Shown: positions 1-10,916, numbered from the stretch's first letter. The stretch is 64,000 nucleotides of DNA from a bacterium (GCA_016702305.1 JADJEH010000001.1:508368-572367); one strand, 5' to 3'. The notes: generated by a model not told the origin, from the sequence alone. Program-made: numbers and translations.

Positions 1-227
1 GCGACATGGCTAAGATGGTCGCCAATATGGCGCTGGGTGATCAGAAAATTCTGTTCCTGACGCCGGACTTCAACGACTCGATTTCGCGCAGCGTGCGCAA
101 TCTGCCCGGAGCGGGCGCGACTAAGGCCGAAGCGGCTTCGACGCGCGATCTGCTCAACTGCTCGACGATTCTGATTCAGAAGAGTGCAGTTGCGGGCTTC
201 GTGAAAGGACTGACTCATGCTGCATAA
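1..227 (+). CDS. rplD: 50S ribosomal protein L4, C-terminal fragment (gene begins upstream of window)
   Basis: ORF 6..227 translation ..DLLNCSTILIQKSAVAGFVKGL resembles the conserved L4 C-terminus; lies directly 5' of rplW in canonical S10 operon order. Confidence 0.8.
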   Translation, partial: DMAKMVANMALGDQKILFLTPDFNDSISRSVRNLPGAGATKAEAASTRDLLNCSTILIQKSAVAGFVKGLTHAA

Positions 228-507
228 GCGGAGTGTGTTGCGCAAGCCGCTCTTGACCGAGAAGGTCGCCGCGGCGCAGGATGCGCATAATCAGTATGCA
301 TTCGTCGTGGATCCGGCCGCCAACAAGGTCGAGATCAAGCGTGCCGTTGAGAAGAAGTATGAAGTGAGCGTCGTCGGCGTCCAGACGATGAACGTGCGCG
401 GTAAGGTGAAGCGACTCGGTCGTTTTGCGGGCCGCCGTCCCAATTGGAAAAAGGCGATTGTGACCCTGAAGAAGGGGCAATCCATCGAACTGGCGCAAAA
501 CGTCTAA
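217..507 (+). CDS. rplW: 50S ribosomal protein L23
   Basis: 96-aa ORF; KRSVLRKPLLTEK..FVVD..ANKVEIKRAVEKKYEV..V is the L23 signature; positioned between L4 and L2. Confidence 0.93.
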   Translation: MLHKRSVLRKPLLTEKVAAAQDAHNQYAFVVDPAANKVEIKRAVEKKYEVSVVGVQTMNVRGKVKRLGRFAGRRPNWKKAIVTLKKGQSIELAQNV

Positions 508-522
508 GCGATTTACCCTACA

Positions 523-1368
523 ATGCCGGTAAAGAAATTTCGCCCACTAACTCCCACATTGCGCTACCGCACGGTCCTCGTGCGCGAAGGCCTGTGGCAA
601 GGTGAGCCTGAGAAGAGCCTGCTTGCCCCGCTGAGTAAAACCGGCGGCCGCAACAACCTCGGACGGGCCACCAATATCAACACCGGCGGCGGACATAAGC
701 GCCGTTACCGCGTGATTGACTTCAAGCGTGACAAGTTTGACATCGCGGGCCGCGTCGAGCGCCTCGAATATGATCCGAACCGCTCGGCTAATATCGCGCT
801 GGTATTCTACCCTGACGGCGAGAAGCGTTATATCCTCGCGCCCGACGGTCTGAAGGCTGGTGACAAGGTCACTTCGTCACGCAAAGAAGCGGACATCCGC
901 GTGGGCAACGCGCTGCCGCTTAACAAGATTCCGCTGGCAACCTTCGTCCACAATGTGGAAATGCGAGTCGGCAAAGGCGGTCAAATCAGCCGCAGCGCCG
1001 GCGCCGCCTGCCAGTTGATGGCCTTCGACGAGAAGTATGCGCTGCTCAAAATGCCGTCCGGCGAAGTCCGCCGCGTCCCGGCAGGATGTTTGGCCACGAT
1101 CGGCCAGGTTGGAAATCTCGATCACGAGACCGTCGTGTCGGGTAAGGCCGGTCGCACGCGCTGGCTGGGTCGCCGCGGTCACGTCCGCGGTGTCGTGAAG
1201 AATCCGGTGGACCACCCGATGGGTGGTGGTGAAGGCCGCAGCTCGGGTGGACGCCATCCGTGCACGCCATGGGGCAAGATTACCAAGGGTCTGAAGACGC
1301 GTAACCCGCGTAAGCAATCGAATAAACTGATCGTCCGTCGCAAGCGCGATAAGACGCAACTTTCATAA
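523..1368 (+). CDS. rplB: 50S ribosomal protein L2
   Basis: 281 aa; motifs [15 protein letters not shown] and HPMGGGEGR typical of L2. Confidence 0.97.
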   Translation: MPVKKFRPLTPTLRYRTVLVREGLWQGEPEKSLLAPLSKTGGRNNLGRATNINTGGGHKRRYRVIDFKRDKFDIAGRVERLEYDPNRSANIALVFYPDGEKRYILAPDGLKAGDKVTSSRKEADIRVGNALPLNKIPLATFVHNVEMRVGKGGQISRSAGAACQLMAFDEKYALLKMPSGEVRRVPAGCLATIGQVGNLDHETVVSGKAGRTRWLGRRGHVRGVVKNPVDHPMGGGEGRSSGGRHPCTPWGKITKGLKTRNPRKQSNKLIVRRKRDKTQLS

Positions 1369-1377
1369 CCTCCGCCA

Positions 1378-1665
1378 ATGGCCCGTTCGCTTAAAAAAGG
1401 TCCCTTCATCGATGCGCGTCTCGAAATGCGCATTCAGACGATGAACGACCGCAATGAAAAGAAGGTCCTCAAAACCTGGTCGCGCCGCAGCGTGATTTCA
1501 CCGGATTTCGTGGGACATACGTTGGCCGTGCATAACGGTCGCAAGTTCCTGCCGGTATACATCACCGAAAACATGGTGGGCCACAAGCTCGGCGAGTTTG
1601 CGCCGACGCGCACCTTCAAGGGTCACACGGAAAAGAAGGCGGAATCAGCCGCCAAGAAGAAGTAG
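1378..1665 (+). CDS. rpsS: 30S ribosomal protein S19
   Basis: [12 protein letters not shown]....[22 protein letters not shown] is canonical S19; C-terminal K-rich tail. Confidence 0.96.
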   Translation: MARSLKKGPFIDARLEMRIQTMNDRNEKKVLKTWSRRSVISPDFVGHTLAVHNGRKFLPVYITENMVGHKLGEFAPTRTFKGHTEKKAESAAKKK

Positions 1666-1674
1666 GGTCATCTG

Positions 1675-2139
1675 ATGGAAGCTCGTTGCGTAGCTCGTTA
1701 TATTCGCGTCACTCCGCGCAAAATGCGGCTGGTAGCCGATCTCGTACGCGGCAAGAACGTGAACGATGCGATCAATATTCTCAAGTTCACTCCGCGCTCG
1801 GCCTCCGGGCCGACGCTCAAGGCGATTCAATCCGCCGTGGCCAACTACGCGCAATTGCACAGCGCCACGTCGGTGGAGATTGACTCGCTGCACGTCCGTA
1901 CGATCTTTGCCGACGAAGGTCCGACGATGCACCGCTTCATGCCCCGCGCTCAAGGCCGCGCCACGCCGATCAAGAAGCGCATGACGCACCTCACCGTGAT
2001 CGTCAGCGCCCCGGCCGCCGTCGCAACCAGCGAACCGGCCGCTGAGACCACCGCCGATGCAGCGCCCAAGGCTGATAAGAAGACCGCGGCTAAGAAGAGC
2101 GCGGCGAAGAAGTCCACCAAAAAAACGAAGCCGGAATAA
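1675..2139 (+). CDS. rplV: 50S ribosomal protein L22 with Ala/Lys-rich C-terminal extension
   Basis: N-terminal 110 aa match L22 (ARYIRVTPRKMRLVADLVRGK); C-terminal ~45 aa low-complexity AAKKSAAKKSTKKTKPE tail. Confidence 0.94.
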   Translation: MEARCVARYIRVTPRKMRLVADLVRGKNVNDAINILKFTPRSASGPTLKAIQSAVANYAQLHSATSVEIDSLHVRTIFADEGPTMHRFMPRAQGRATPIKKRMTHLTVIVSAPAAVATSEPAAETTADAAPKADKKTAAKKSAAKKSTKKTKPE

Positions 2140-2142
2140 TCC

Positions 2143-2910
2143 GTGGGCCAGAAAGTTAATCCTATCGGTTTTCGCGTCGGCGTCATTCGCACCTGGAATA
2201 GTCACTGGTTCGATGAACGCAATTTCGCCGACAAGCTTGAAGAAGATCTGTACCTGCGCAAGTATCTCATGCAGCGTCTCAAGGGCGCGTCGGTCGCAGG
2301 GATTACCTTCGAACGTACGCCTAAGATGCTCACGCTGACGATCCGCACGGCACGCCCGGGCATCGTCATCGGCCGCAAAGGCGCGGAGGTGGACAAGCTG
2401 AAGGCCGAGCTGAAGAAGCTGACCAAGCGCGAAGTTCAGGTCAATATCTACGAAATTAAGCGGCCGGAACTCGAAGCCAAGCTCGTCGCTGATATGATCG
2501 CCCAGCAGCTCGAAGGCCGCGTGTCCTTCCGCCGCGCGATGAAGAAGGCGATCCAGACCACGATGCGCATGGGAGCCGAAGGCATCAAGGTTCTGGTCTC
2601 GGGACGATTGGGCGGCGCGGAAATGTCGCGTACGGAAGGTTACAAAGAAGGTCGTACGCCGCTCCACACGCTGCGAGCGGATATTGATTATGCGTGCTCG
2701 GTCGCCCGCACGACCTACGGCACCATCGGTTGCAAGGTTTGGATTTGCCGCGGCGAAGTCATCGGGAAGGGTAAAGTCAATATGCCCGGCGGTGAAATGC
2801 GCCACGAAACGCTGGGCGATGCGCCCGAGCGCCGCGATCACGGCCACGGCCGTGGCGATCGCGACCGCGATCATGGCCGCGGTGACCGCCGCCCGCATCA
2901 TAAAAATTGA
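2143..2910 (+). CDS. rpsC: 30S ribosomal protein S3 with Arg/Asp/His/Gly-rich C-terminal tail
   Basis: GTG start; [13 protein letters not shown] and S3-C domains; last ~45 aa [24 protein letters not shown] low complexity. Confidence 0.95.
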   Translation: MGQKVNPIGFRVGVIRTWNSHWFDERNFADKLEEDLYLRKYLMQRLKGASVAGITFERTPKMLTLTIRTARPGIVIGRKGAEVDKLKAELKKLTKREVQVNIYEIKRPELEAKLVADMIAQQLEGRVSFRRAMKKAIQTTMRMGAEGIKVLVSGRLGGAEMSRTEGYKEGRTPLHTLRADIDYACSVARTTYGTIGCKVWICRGEVIGKGKVNMPGGEMRHETLGDAPERRDHGHGRGDRDRDHGRGDRRPHHKN

Positions 2911-2921
2911 TCTGATTTAAC

Positions 2922-3341
2922 ATGCTGACCCCGAAACGACTCAAATTCCGCAAGCAGCAGCGCCGCCGCCGTAAAGGCTACGACTACTGCGGTTGCGACA
3001 TCTCCTTCGGCGAATACGGCCTGAAGGCGATGGATGATTGCTGGATGACGTCGCGCCAGATCGAAGCCGCGCGTATCGCGCTCACCCGCCATATCAAGCG
3101 CGGTGGAAAAGTCTGGATTCGCGTCTTCCCCGATAAACCCGTCTCCAAGAAGCCGCTCGAAGTCCGTCAGGGCAAGGGCAAAGGCGCTACGGAGTTCTAC
3201 GCGGCGGTGATTCGTCCGGGCCGCATTCTGTTTGAAGTCGAAGGAGTCAGCCGCGAGCTGGCCCAGGAAGCCATGCGTCTTGCAGCGCAGAAGCTGCCCA
3301 TCAAAACCAAGTTCGTTGAACGCGACGTCGTTCACGCCTAA
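2922..3341 (+). CDS. rplP: 50S ribosomal protein L16
   Basis: [24 protein letters not shown].....T.RQIEAAR is the L16 N-terminus. Confidence 0.96.
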   Translation: MLTPKRLKFRKQQRRRRKGYDYCGCDISFGEYGLKAMDDCWMTSRQIEAARIALTRHIKRGGKVWIRVFPDKPVSKKPLEVRQGKGKGATEFYAAVIRPGRILFEVEGVSRELAQEAMRLAAQKLPIKTKFVERDVVHA

Positions 3342-3350
3342 AGTAAAGAC

Positions 3351-3590
3351 ATGGCCAAGGGATCCGCAAAACCCACTAAGATGCTCGAGCTGCGCGAATT
3401 AACCGAGCTCGAACTCAAAAACCGGCTGATCGAAGCCGAGGATAATCTCGAAGCGCTGCGCTTCCAGCTCGATGCCGGACAGCTGCCGAGCACGTCGCGC
3501 GTGCGCACTGTGCGCCGCGACATCGCTCGCATCCGCACAATGCAGCGCGAATTTGAACTCGGTCTACGCACCCGGAAAGGCGGCCAATAA
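3351..3590 (+). CDS. rpmC: 50S ribosomal protein L29
   Basis: 79 aa, [26 protein letters not shown] typical L29 coiled coil; operon position. Confidence 0.9.
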   Translation: MAKGSAKPTKMLELRELTELELKNRLIEAEDNLEALRFQLDAGQLPSTSRVRTVRRDIARIRTMQREFELGLRTRKGGQ

Positions 3591-3874
3591 TGACCCAGAT
3601 CGCGACAGCCGCCGCCGCTGAAACCCGCGGACTGCGTAAGACGCGCGTCGGCGTGGTGGTGTCCAACAAGATGCAGAAGACGATCGTCGTTAAAGTCGAA
3701 CGCCGCGTCAAGCATCCTCTGTTCGGCAAGTATATCAAGCTCTCCAAGAAGTTCATGGCCGAAGACAGCCAGAACGAGTGCAACGTCGGCGATAAGGTGC
3801 GCATCATGGAGACGCGCCCGATTTCCAAACTGAAGCGCTGGCGTCTGCTCGAAATCATCGAGAAAAAGAAGTAA
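3590..3874 (+). CDS. rpsQ: 30S ribosomal protein S17
   Basis: [35 protein letters not shown]....[27 protein letters not shown] is S17; start overlaps rpmC stop (TAATG). Confidence 0.95.
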   Translation: MTQIATAAAAETRGLRKTRVGVVVSNKMQKTIVVKVERRVKHPLFGKYIKLSKKFMAEDSQNECNVGDKVRIMETRPISKLKRWRLLEIIEKKK

Positions 3875-3877
3875 GCC

Positions 3878-4246
3878 ATGATTCAGGAATATACTGTTCT
3901 TAACGTGGCCGATAATACCGGCGCCAAGAAAGTTCGCTGCTTCCGCATCTACGGCGGAACCGGTCGCCGCTCGGCTTCCCTCGGCGATATCATCATGGTT
4001 TCCGTGCGTACCGCCATTCCCAATTCGAATATGAAGAAGGGCTCGAAGGCCCGCGCCGTCATCGTCCGCACGACTAAAGAAGTGCGCCGCCCCGATGGAT
4101 CGTACATCCGCTTCGACGAGAACGCGGCTGTGCTGATCAATAAGGACAACGAGCCGATCGGAACGCGCATCTTCGGACCGGTCGCCCGTGAATTGCGTGA
4201 AAAGCAGTTCATGAAGATCGTGTCGCTGGCGCCCGAGGTCATATAA
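3878..4246 (+). CDS. rplN: 50S ribosomal protein L14
   Basis: [30 protein letters not shown] is canonical L14. Confidence 0.96.
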   Translation: MIQEYTVLNVADNTGAKKVRCFRIYGGTGRRSASLGDIIMVSVRTAIPNSNMKKGSKARAVIVRTTKEVRRPDGSYIRFDENAAVLINKDNEPIGTRIFGPVARELREKQFMKIVSLAPEVI

Positions 4247-4255
4247 GGAAACGCC

Positions 4256-4579
4256 ATGAAAATCCATAAGAATGATTTGGTGCAGGTCGTCGCCGGCAAT
4301 GACCGCGGCAAGCGCGGAAAAGTCCTCAAGGTCTTTCCCGACAAACAGCGCGTCATCGTTGAAGGCGTCAACTTCATTCTGCGCCATACCAAGCCCAACC
4401 AGCGCAATCAGCAGGGCGGTATCGTGAAGCGCGAAGGCACAATTCACGTTTCCAATGTAATGCTGATTGATCCCAAGAGCGGCAAGCCGACGCGCATCGG
4501 TCATACGGTCCTTAAGACCGCGGATGGCAACAAGCGCGTGCGCGTCGCGAGAATCTCTAACGAAATGATCGCCGAGTAA
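4256..4579 (+). CDS. rplX: 50S ribosomal protein L24
   Basis: [28 protein letters not shown] motif; 107 aa. Confidence 0.94.
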   Translation: MKIHKNDLVQVVAGNDRGKRGKVLKVFPDKQRVIVEGVNFILRHTKPNQRNQQGGIVKREGTIHVSNVMLIDPKSGKPTRIGHTVLKTADGNKRVRVARISNEMIAE

Positions 4580-5280
4580 TGAGCGCAGATAAGGCTAAAC
4601 CGAAGGGCGGAGCACCCAAAGCGGGCGCGCCGCAAACCAAGACGGCCAAGCCCGGAAAGGGCGGCGGACTCAATGTCGCGGGCGAACGTCCCGCACTGCC
4701 GAAGGGCTACGAGCCGCGCATGGTCAAGCACTACAAAGAAGTTGTCGTTCCCGGCCTGACCAAGGCGTTCGGGTACGAGAACCCGATGGAGCTGCCGCGC
4801 CTGAAGAAAATCACCATTAACGTGGGCTGTGGCGACGCCACGCAAAACCCGCGTGTCGTGGAGAGCATCGTCAAGGAAGTCGCGATGATCACCGGCCAGA
4901 AGCCCTCCGTGGCCAAGGCGCGTAAATCCATCTCGAACTTCAAGCTGCGTGAAGGCATGCCCGTCGGTGTGTTCGTTACGCTGCGCCGCACCACGATGTG
5001 GGAATTCCTCGATCGCTTCATCGCACTGGCCACACCGCGCATCCGCGACTTCCGTGGCCTGCCTGATCGCGGTTTCGACGGCCGCGGAAATTTCTCCCTC
5101 GGATTGCGCGAACAGATTCTGTTCCCGGAAATTGACCTCGATAAGGTCGAGAAAATTCGCGGCATGGACATCACGTTCGTCACGAGCGCCAAGTCGGATA
5201 AAGAAGCCTACGAGCTGCTCAAACTGCTCGGTCTGCCGTTCCGCAAGCGCGAAGATAAGAAAGTCGCCGCCGCGGCGTAA
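4579..5280 (+). CDS. rplE: 50S ribosomal protein L5 with ~50-aa Lys/Pro/Gly-rich N-terminal extension
   Basis: Residues ~50-233 match L5 (RMVKHYKEVVVPGL....INVGCGDA, KIRGMDITFVT); N-terminus [30 protein letters not shown] is an extra low-complexity region. Start could be a later codon. Confidence 0.9.
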   Translation: MSADKAKPKGGAPKAGAPQTKTAKPGKGGGLNVAGERPALPKGYEPRMVKHYKEVVVPGLTKAFGYENPMELPRLKKITINVGCGDATQNPRVVESIVKEVAMITGQKPSVAKARKSISNFKLREGMPVGVFVTLRRTTMWEFLDRFIALATPRIRDFRGLPDRGFDGRGNFSLGLREQILFPEIDLDKVEKIRGMDITFVTSAKSDKEAYELLKLLGLPFRKREDKKVAAAA

Positions 5281-5298
5281 TCCCACGATCAATTCATC

Positions 5299-5484
5299 AT
5301 GGCCAAAGCCTGTTTAATCGCGAAAGCGAAAAAGACCCCGAAATTCAAAGTGCGTGCCTACACGCGCTGCCGCCGTTGCGGCCGCCCGCGTTCGGTCTAT
5401 CGCAAATTCGGCGTGTGCCGCCTCTGCCTGCGCGAACTGGCGCACGCGGGAGATATTCCGGGTCTTGTCAAATCCAGCTGGTAG
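5299..5484 (+). CDS. rpsN: 30S ribosomal protein S14 type Z (zinc-binding)
   Basis: 61 aa with CRRCGR..x12..CRLC zinc ribbon; between L5 and S8. Confidence 0.93.
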   Translation: MAKACLIAKAKKTPKFKVRAYTRCRRCGRPRSVYRKFGVCRLCLRELAHAGDIPGLVKSSW

Positions 5485-5496
5485 CAAAGTACACTC

Positions 5497-5892
5497 ATGC
5501 CGACGACCGATCCGATTGCTGATTTCCTGACTCGCGTGCGCAACGCCCTCATGGCGCGTAAAACGTACTGCGACGTCCCCTTCTCGCGCATCAAGCTCGA
5601 CCTGGCGCGCGTGCTCCTCGAAGCCTATTACATTCGTGACTTCGTGCAGGTGGACGAAGGCCCGCAAGGCTTCATTCGTGTCTATTTGAAGTACACCAAC
5701 GGCCGACCCGCTATTCAGGGATTGCGCCGTGTGTCCACGCCCGGCCTGCGGCAATATGTCGGCAGCCGCGATATCCCGCGCGTGCGGAACGGACTGGGTA
5801 CCGCCATTCTCACAACGCCGAAGGGATTGCTCACCGGCAATCAGGCCCGACGCGCTGGGGTTGGCGGCGAAATCCTCGCCGAAATCTGGTAA
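5497..5892 (+). CDS. rpsH: 30S ribosomal protein S8
   Basis: [13 protein letters not shown]........V.FS..K.....L...GYI typical S8. Confidence 0.95.
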   Translation: MPTTDPIADFLTRVRNALMARKTYCDVPFSRIKLDLARVLLEAYYIRDFVQVDEGPQGFIRVYLKYTNGRPAIQGLRRVSTPGLRQYVGSRDIPRVRNGLGTAILTTPKGLLTGNQARRAGVGGEILAEIW

Positions 5893-5915
5893 GTTAAGTT
5901 TACGGAGTAATTGAC

Positions 5916-6452
5916 GTGTCGCGCGTTGGCCGTGCACCTATTAAGCTGCCTAAAGGCGTTGAGCTGAAGCTCAACGGTCCCGATGTGTCCGTCAAAGGAC
6001 CTAAAGGGCAACTCTCGCGGACGTTCCACCGCGATATCGAAATCAAGCTCGAAGACGGTACGGTGACGTGCCATCGCCCGAGCGACCGCAAAGAGCACCG
6101 TGAACTTCACGGGCTTACGCGCGCCCTGCTCAATAGCATGGTCGTCGGTGTCACCGACGGCTTCAAAAAAGAACTGCAAATCGTCGGCGTCGGCTTCAAA
6201 GTCGAAGCCAAGAAGCGCGGCGTGCTGCTCTCCGTGGGATACAGCCACCCGGTGTTCGTGTCCATGCCCGACGATGTGAAGGCCGAAGTTACCGGCCCTA
6301 CCACGATCGTCATTACCGGCGCGGACAAAGAAGCTGTCGGGCAGGTTGCCGCCACGATACGATCGGTGCGCAAACCCGAGCCGTACAAGGGCAAGGGCAT
6401 CATGTACACCGGTGAGCGCATTCACCGCAAAGCCGGCAAGACGGGTAAGTAA
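5916..6452 (+). CDS. rplF: 50S ribosomal protein L6
   Basis: GTG start; [15 protein letters not shown]....G..V.VKGPKG two-domain L6. Confidence 0.95.
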   Translation: MSRVGRAPIKLPKGVELKLNGPDVSVKGPKGQLSRTFHRDIEIKLEDGTVTCHRPSDRKEHRELHGLTRALLNSMVVGVTDGFKKELQIVGVGFKVEAKKRGVLLSVGYSHPVFVSMPDDVKAEVTGPTTIVITGADKEAVGQVAATIRSVRKPEPYKGKGIMYTGERIHRKAGKTGK

Positions 6453-6455
6453 GCC

Positions 6456-6827
6456 ATGTCCAGAATCATTGCCATTCGTAAGCGCGCGCGCCAGCGCCGC
6501 AAGTATCACATTCGCAAGGTCGTCAACGGAACCGCGGAACGTCCGCGTATGGTCATCTATCGCAGCGTGGGACATATGTATGCCCAGCTCGTGGATGACA
6601 AGTCCGGTCAGACCCTGCTCGGAGTCTCGTCGCTGTCGCCCGACCTGAAGTCGGCTATAACCGGCAAGAACCCGACGCAAATCGCCGAGCTCGTTGGCGA
6701 ATTGTGTGCGCAGAAAGCTCGTGCTAAGTCTATTGAAGCGGTCGTCTTCGACCGCAACGGCTTCCCCTATCACGGCCGCGTGAAGGCCGTCGCGGAAGGC
6801 GCTCGCAAAGGCGGATTGAAATTCTAA
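6456..6827 (+). CDS. rplR: 50S ribosomal protein L18
   Basis: [38 protein letters not shown] is L18. Confidence 0.94.
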   Translation: MSRIIAIRKRARQRRKYHIRKVVNGTAERPRMVIYRSVGHMYAQLVDDKSGQTLLGVSSLSPDLKSAITGKNPTQIAELVGELCAQKARAKSIEAVVFDRNGFPYHGRVKAVAEGARKGGLKF

Positions 6828-6837
6828 ACCAAGCGAA

Positions 6838-7386
6838 TTGATGAACGGCAGCAGTCCACGCCGCGGTCGCGACCGCGATGATCGTCCCGCCGAATATTCC
6901 GGCGGCGAAACACTACTCGAAAAACTGGTCGCGGTCAACCGCGTCGCCAAGGTCGTCAAGGGCGGCCGCAACTTCTCGTTCAATGCCATCGTCATCGTTG
7001 GCGATGGACACGGTCGTGCCGGCTTCGGCCTCGGCAAGGCCAACGAAGTTGCCGATGCGATCCGCAAGGGTACCGAGGCGGCCAAGCGTTCGATGAAACG
7101 CTACCCGCTGCTCGGACAGACCCTGCCACATGCCTCGCACGGCAAGTTCGGCGCTGGCAAAGTCTTCCTGCGTCCTGCCTCGGCTGGTACCGGCGTCATC
7201 GCCGGCGGCTCGGTGCGCATGGTTATGGAATGCCTCGGTGTGCGCGACGTGCTGACCAAAGTCATGGGCACGAATAATCCGCACAACGTTGTGAAAGCCG
7301 TGTTCCGCGCTCTCGAAGATCTTAACGATGCGCGCATGGTGGCGGCTCGCCGCGGCATCACCGTTCAAGAAGTATTCACCCTCTAA
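6838..7386 (+). CDS. rpsE: 30S ribosomal protein S5 with Arg/Asp-rich N-terminal extension
   Basis: [46 protein letters not shown] is the S5 dsRBD/S5 domain; N-terminal ~25 aa [12 protein letters not shown] low complexity. Confidence 0.94.
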   Translation: MMNGSSPRRGRDRDDRPAEYSGGETLLEKLVAVNRVAKVVKGGRNFSFNAIVIVGDGHGRAGFGLGKANEVADAIRKGTEAAKRSMKRYPLLGQTLPHASHGKFGAGKVFLRPASAGTGVIAGGSVRMVMECLGVRDVLTKVMGTNNPHNVVKAVFRALEDLNDARMVAARRGITVQEVFTL

Positions 7387-7441
7387 CGACAACGAATCGC
7401 TCGGGCACGGCACCGGCCGCGCACGCGCAACCGTTCGCAAT

Positions 7442-7642
7442 ATGGCAAAGCAGCTTCAAGTTACTTTAGTTCGCAGCACCGCCACGCGGCCGCACTTCCA
7501 TCGCAAGATAGTTGAGGCCCTGGGCTTGCGTCGCTTGCACCACACGCGCCTGATACCGGATAACGCGGCCATGCGCGGCATGATCGCCAAGATTCCGCAC
7601 ATGCTCGAGTGGAAGGAAGTCCAGGAAGGAGCCTCCAGCTAA
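7442..7642 (+). CDS. rpmD: 50S ribosomal protein L30
   Basis: Internal ATG of ORF 7328..7642: MAKQLQVTLVRSTATRPHFHRKIVEALGLRRLHHTRLIPDNAAMRGMIAKIPHMLEW is canonical L30; upstream extension rejected. Confidence 0.9.
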   Translation: MAKQLQVTLVRSTATRPHFHRKIVEALGLRRLHHTRLIPDNAAMRGMIAKIPHMLEWKEVQEGASS

Positions 7643-8079
7643 TGGGTATGCATAAACTCACGCCCGCGCCGGGCTCCACGTTCACCAAGAAGCGCTTGGG
7701 CCGCGGCCCGGGTTCGGGTACCGGTGGTACAGCCGGTCGTGGTGAAAAGGGCTACTATTCGCGCTCGGGTTCCGTCGTCAGACGCGGTTTTGAAGGTGGT
7801 CAGATGCCGCTCTATCGTCGTCTGCCCAAACGCGGCTTCACCAATGTTTGGGCGACCGACAATGAAGTGGTCAATCTGCGGGACCTCAAAGCGCTACCCG
7901 ATACCACGGTTACGCCCGATGCACTGAAGCAGGCCGGCTTGATCCGCCACGCGGATTCAGCGGTCAAAATTCTTGCCACCGGCGACTGTGACCGCGCCTA
8001 CGAAATTTCCATGTGCGCTGTCTCCGAGGCGGCCGCGCAGAAGATCACCGCCGCCGGCGGCAAAGTGGTTGCCGCCTGA
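7642..8079 (+). CDS. rplO: 50S ribosomal protein L15
   Basis: MHKLTPAPGSTFTKKRLGRGPGSGTGGTAGRGEKG is the L15 N-terminus; start ATG overlaps rpmD stop. Confidence 0.93.
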   Translation: MGMHKLTPAPGSTFTKKRLGRGPGSGTGGTAGRGEKGYYSRSGSVVRRGFEGGQMPLYRRLPKRGFTNVWATDNEVVNLRDLKALPDTTVTPDALKQAGLIRHADSAVKILATGDCDRAYEISMCAVSEAAAQKITAAGGKVVAA

Positions 8080-9407
8080 TGCTCGACCGTTTCGCAAATA
8101 TTTTCAAGATCCCTGAGCTGCGTGACCGCATCCTGTTCACGTTGCTCATCTTGTTGGTGTACCGGATCGGCGGCCACGTTCCGCTGGCCGGCATCAATGC
8201 GCAAGCGCTCGGCGAGTTCATGGATCAGAACCGCACGACGCTCTTCGGACTCTACGACATGTTCGTCGGTGGCGCATTTGAACGCGCCACGGTGTTTGCG
8301 CTGGGTATCATGCCCTATATTTCGGCCTCGATTATCTTCCAGCTCATGGGAACGGTTATCCCGTATTTCCAGAAGCTCCAAAAGGAAGGCGAAGAGGGCC
8401 GCAAAAAGATCACGCAGTTGACCCGCTATGGCACCGTCATCCTGGCTGCAATGCAGGCCGGTGGTGTGTCGGTCTTCCTCACGCGCCTGGTCTCGCCGTC
8501 GGGATTGGCCGTCGTGCCGGAACCGGGACTCGGGTTCAATTTGCTGACCATGATCACGCTCGCCGCCGGAACCACGTTCATCATGTGGTTGGGTGAACAG
8601 ATAACAGAGCGCGGCATCGGAAACGGTATTTCGCTGATCATCATGGTCGGGATTATCAATACGCTGCCCTCGGCGATTCTTGAAGAGTACCAGATGGTCG
8701 CGACCGGCCAACGGCATATCGTCATGGAGGCCGTCTTCCTGATCCTGCTGTTCGCCGTAACCGCGATGGTCGTGCTGCTGACGCAGGGCGTGCGTAAGAT
8801 TCCGGTCCAGTACGCGAAGCGCAACGTCGGCCGCAAGCAATACGGCGGCGTCTCGACGCACATTCCGCTGCGCGTCAACTCGGCCGGCGTGATGCCGATC
8901 ATCTTCGCCCAGTCCATTATGTTCATCCCGTCCTCGATCGCGACTTTCCTGCCGGAAGGCGGCTTACGGGATGCGGTGACCAATGCTTTCGGTGTGCAGA
9001 GCTTCGTCTATTCGACGTTGACCTTCATGCTCATCGTCTTCTTCACGTACTTCTACACGGCCATCATTCTGAACCCGGTGGACCTGGCGGATAACATGAA
9101 GAAGAACGGCGGCTTCATTCCCGGTATCCGTCCGGGTAAGCAAACCTCAGATTTCATTGACAACATTCTGTCGCGTGTGACCCTGCCCGGCGCGATTTTC
9201 CTTGGCGTGATCGCCATGCTGCCCACAATCTTCATCCGCCAGTTCGGGGTGTCGTATAACGTGGCCCAGTTCTTTGGCGGCACCGGCCTGCTGATTGTCG
9301 TCGGCGTTGCGCTTGATACGCTGCAACAGATCGAATCACACCTCGTGATGAGGCACTACGACGGACTGATGAAGTCCGGTCGAATCCGCGGCCGCCGCCG
9401 CATGTAA
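8079..9407 (+). CDS. secY: preprotein translocase subunit SecY
   Basis: Start at MLDRFANIFKIPELRDRILFTLL (internal to ORF 8013..9407, overlapping rplO stop); 10 TM helices, GIMPYISASII and GGTGLLIVVGVALDT motifs. Confidence 0.95.
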   Translation: MLDRFANIFKIPELRDRILFTLLILLVYRIGGHVPLAGINAQALGEFMDQNRTTLFGLYDMFVGGAFERATVFALGIMPYISASIIFQLMGTVIPYFQKLQKEGEEGRKKITQLTRYGTVILAAMQAGGVSVFLTRLVSPSGLAVVPEPGLGFNLLTMITLAAGTTFIMWLGEQITERGIGNGISLIIMVGIINTLPSAILEEYQMVATGQRHIVMEAVFLILLFAVTAMVVLLTQGVRKIPVQYAKRNVGRKQYGGVSTHIPLRVNSAGVMPIIFAQSIMFIPSSIATFLPEGGLRDAVTNAFGVQSFVYSTLTFMLIVFFTYFYTAIILNPVDLADNMKKNGGFIPGIRPGKQTSDFIDNILSRVTLPGAIFLGVIAMLPTIFIRQFGVSYNVAQFFGGTGLLIVVGVALDTLQQIESHLVMRHYDGLMKSGRIRGRRRM

Positions 9408-9414
9408 TTTAGCT

Positions 9415-10107
9415 ATGGCCGCCCGCAGCCTGCTGTCCGTGAATCGCTATTCGATTATTTTGCTTGGTGCCGTCGGAGTCGGAAAGGGCACGCAGGCCAT
9501 TAAACTGGTCGAAGCGCTCGAAGTGCCGCAAATTAGCACAGGCGACATTTTGCGCGCTGAAGTGCAGGCGCAGACGCCGCTGGGCAAGCAGGTACAGGAT
9601 ACGATGAATCGCGGCGACTTGGTCGCGGACGATCTGCTCATTGAATTAGTACGCGTGCGATTGACCAAGCCTGATACGGCCCGCGGCGCGATCTTCGACG
9701 GATTCCCACGAACCGTGCCCCAAGCAGATGCGCTGGAGAAGCTGCTGGCCGACGAGGGCATGCCTACGGCAGTGGTCGTCTCTATTGAAGTGCCTGACAA
9801 TGAAATCGTCGAGCGATTGGCCTCGCGGCGAGTCTGCCTGACGTGCGGCGCGACGTTCAATCTTACCCTGGACGAGAAAGCCATCGCCGCACACAAGTGC
9901 CCGGGCGGTGGACTTCCGAATATCGTGCAGCGCGAAGACGACAAGCCGGAGACGGTTCAGAAACGTCTCCAAGTCTACCGCGACAAGACCGCCCCGCTGT
10001 TGGACTACTATCGCCGTAAACGCGCCCTGCGCGTGGTGTCCGGCACCGGAACGGCCAACGAAGTCTTTGCCCGTGTGCTGATTGAGCTGGATAGCGCGAA
10101 CGAATGA
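9415..10107 (+). CDS. adk: adenylate kinase (Cys/His-containing LID)
   Basis: P-loop LLGAVGVGKGTQA, ISTGDILRAEV, LID segment CLTCGATFN..x..HKCPGGG. Confidence 0.93.
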   Translation: MAARSLLSVNRYSIILLGAVGVGKGTQAIKLVEALEVPQISTGDILRAEVQAQTPLGKQVQDTMNRGDLVADDLLIELVRVRLTKPDTARGAIFDGFPRTVPQADALEKLLADEGMPTAVVVSIEVPDNEIVERLASRRVCLTCGATFNLTLDEKAIAAHKCPGGGLPNIVQREDDKPETVQKRLQVYRDKTAPLLDYYRRKRALRVVSGTGTANEVFARVLIELDSANE

Positions 10108-10859
10108 TTCATATTAAGTCGGACGCCGAAATCCGGCTGATGCGCAAGGCCGGCGGAATTCTCGCCAGCGCCTTCCGCGCCGCCGAACCACTGATGATCG
10201 CGGGCACAAATGCCGATGAAGTGGACCGCGTCGTTGAAGAAACGATTCGTTCGCAGAATGCCATACCCGCCTTCAAGAACCATCCCAACGGCGACGGCGT
10301 CAAGTTCCCCTACTCAGTTTGTTTTTCGATTGACGCGGAAGTCGTACACGGCATGCCGCGCGGCCGCATCATCCAGAACGGTCAGATAATCGGACTGGAT
10401 ATCGGTGTGATCTATGAAGGCTACTATTCAGACAGCGCCAAGACCTTCGCTATTGGACAGGTCGGCACACGCGAAGCAGAATTGATCCGCGTGACGCGCG
10501 AATGCCTGGAGAAAGCGATTATTGAAGCCACGGCTGGCGCCCGCCTGTCCAACATCGGACACGCTGTGCAGACGCACGCCGAAGCACATGGATTCTCCGT
10601 CATCCGCGAATTGGTTGGTCACGGCATCGGCCGCAATCTGTGGGAAGACCCGCAGGTGCCGAACTACGGACTGCCCGGCAAAGGCCCCGTATTACGGAAG
10701 AACATGGTCATCGCAATTGAACCGATGATCGCGCTGGGCGGACCGGAAGTGGACATGATCGGCGATTGGGACGTGCTTACGCGTGACCGCAAACCCGCCG
10801 CGCACTTTGAACATACGCTGGTCATCACAGACGGTTCCGCCGACATATTAACGATCTAA
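10104..10859 (+). CDS. map: methionine aminopeptidase type I
   Basis: 251 aa; metal ligands in ..D..D..H..E..E pattern (GLDIGVIYEGYYSD, HGIGRNLWEDP, IEPMI, EHT); follows adk as in the spc operon. Confidence 0.93.
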   Translation: MIHIKSDAEIRLMRKAGGILASAFRAAEPLMIAGTNADEVDRVVEETIRSQNAIPAFKNHPNGDGVKFPYSVCFSIDAEVVHGMPRGRIIQNGQIIGLDIGVIYEGYYSDSAKTFAIGQVGTREAELIRVTRECLEKAIIEATAGARLSNIGHAVQTHAEAHGFSVIRELVGHGIGRNLWEDPQVPNYGLPGKGPVLRKNMVIAIEPMIALGGPEVDMIGDWDVLTRDRKPAAHFEHTLVITDGSADILTI

Positions 10860-10916
10860 TCCATTGCAACGCAAGGTTCTCGTATTTCAAAAGAACAGTC
10901 CATAAAAGTTGACGGG

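Noticed and set aside
1645-2901. 418-aa minus-strand ORF antisense to rplV/rpsC, and similar long antisense ORFs at 3338..4504, 4501..5292, 5841..7085, 12126..12797, 12946..14288
   Set aside because: They lie opposite highly conserved ribosomal genes. Translations are low-complexity Ala/Arg/Gly-rich, as expected from the third-position GC bias of the sense genes. No motifs, RBS or conserved starts.
8013-8078. Upstream extensions of secY (8013), rpmD (7328), rpmE (22684), PilB (28815), the S8 protease (56608/59465), DUF1385 (23002) and M42 peptidase (to 63567)
   Set aside because: In each case a downstream in-frame start gives the conserved N-terminus or signal peptide and an appropriate RBS or operon junction. 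The longer forms overlap neighbouring genes.
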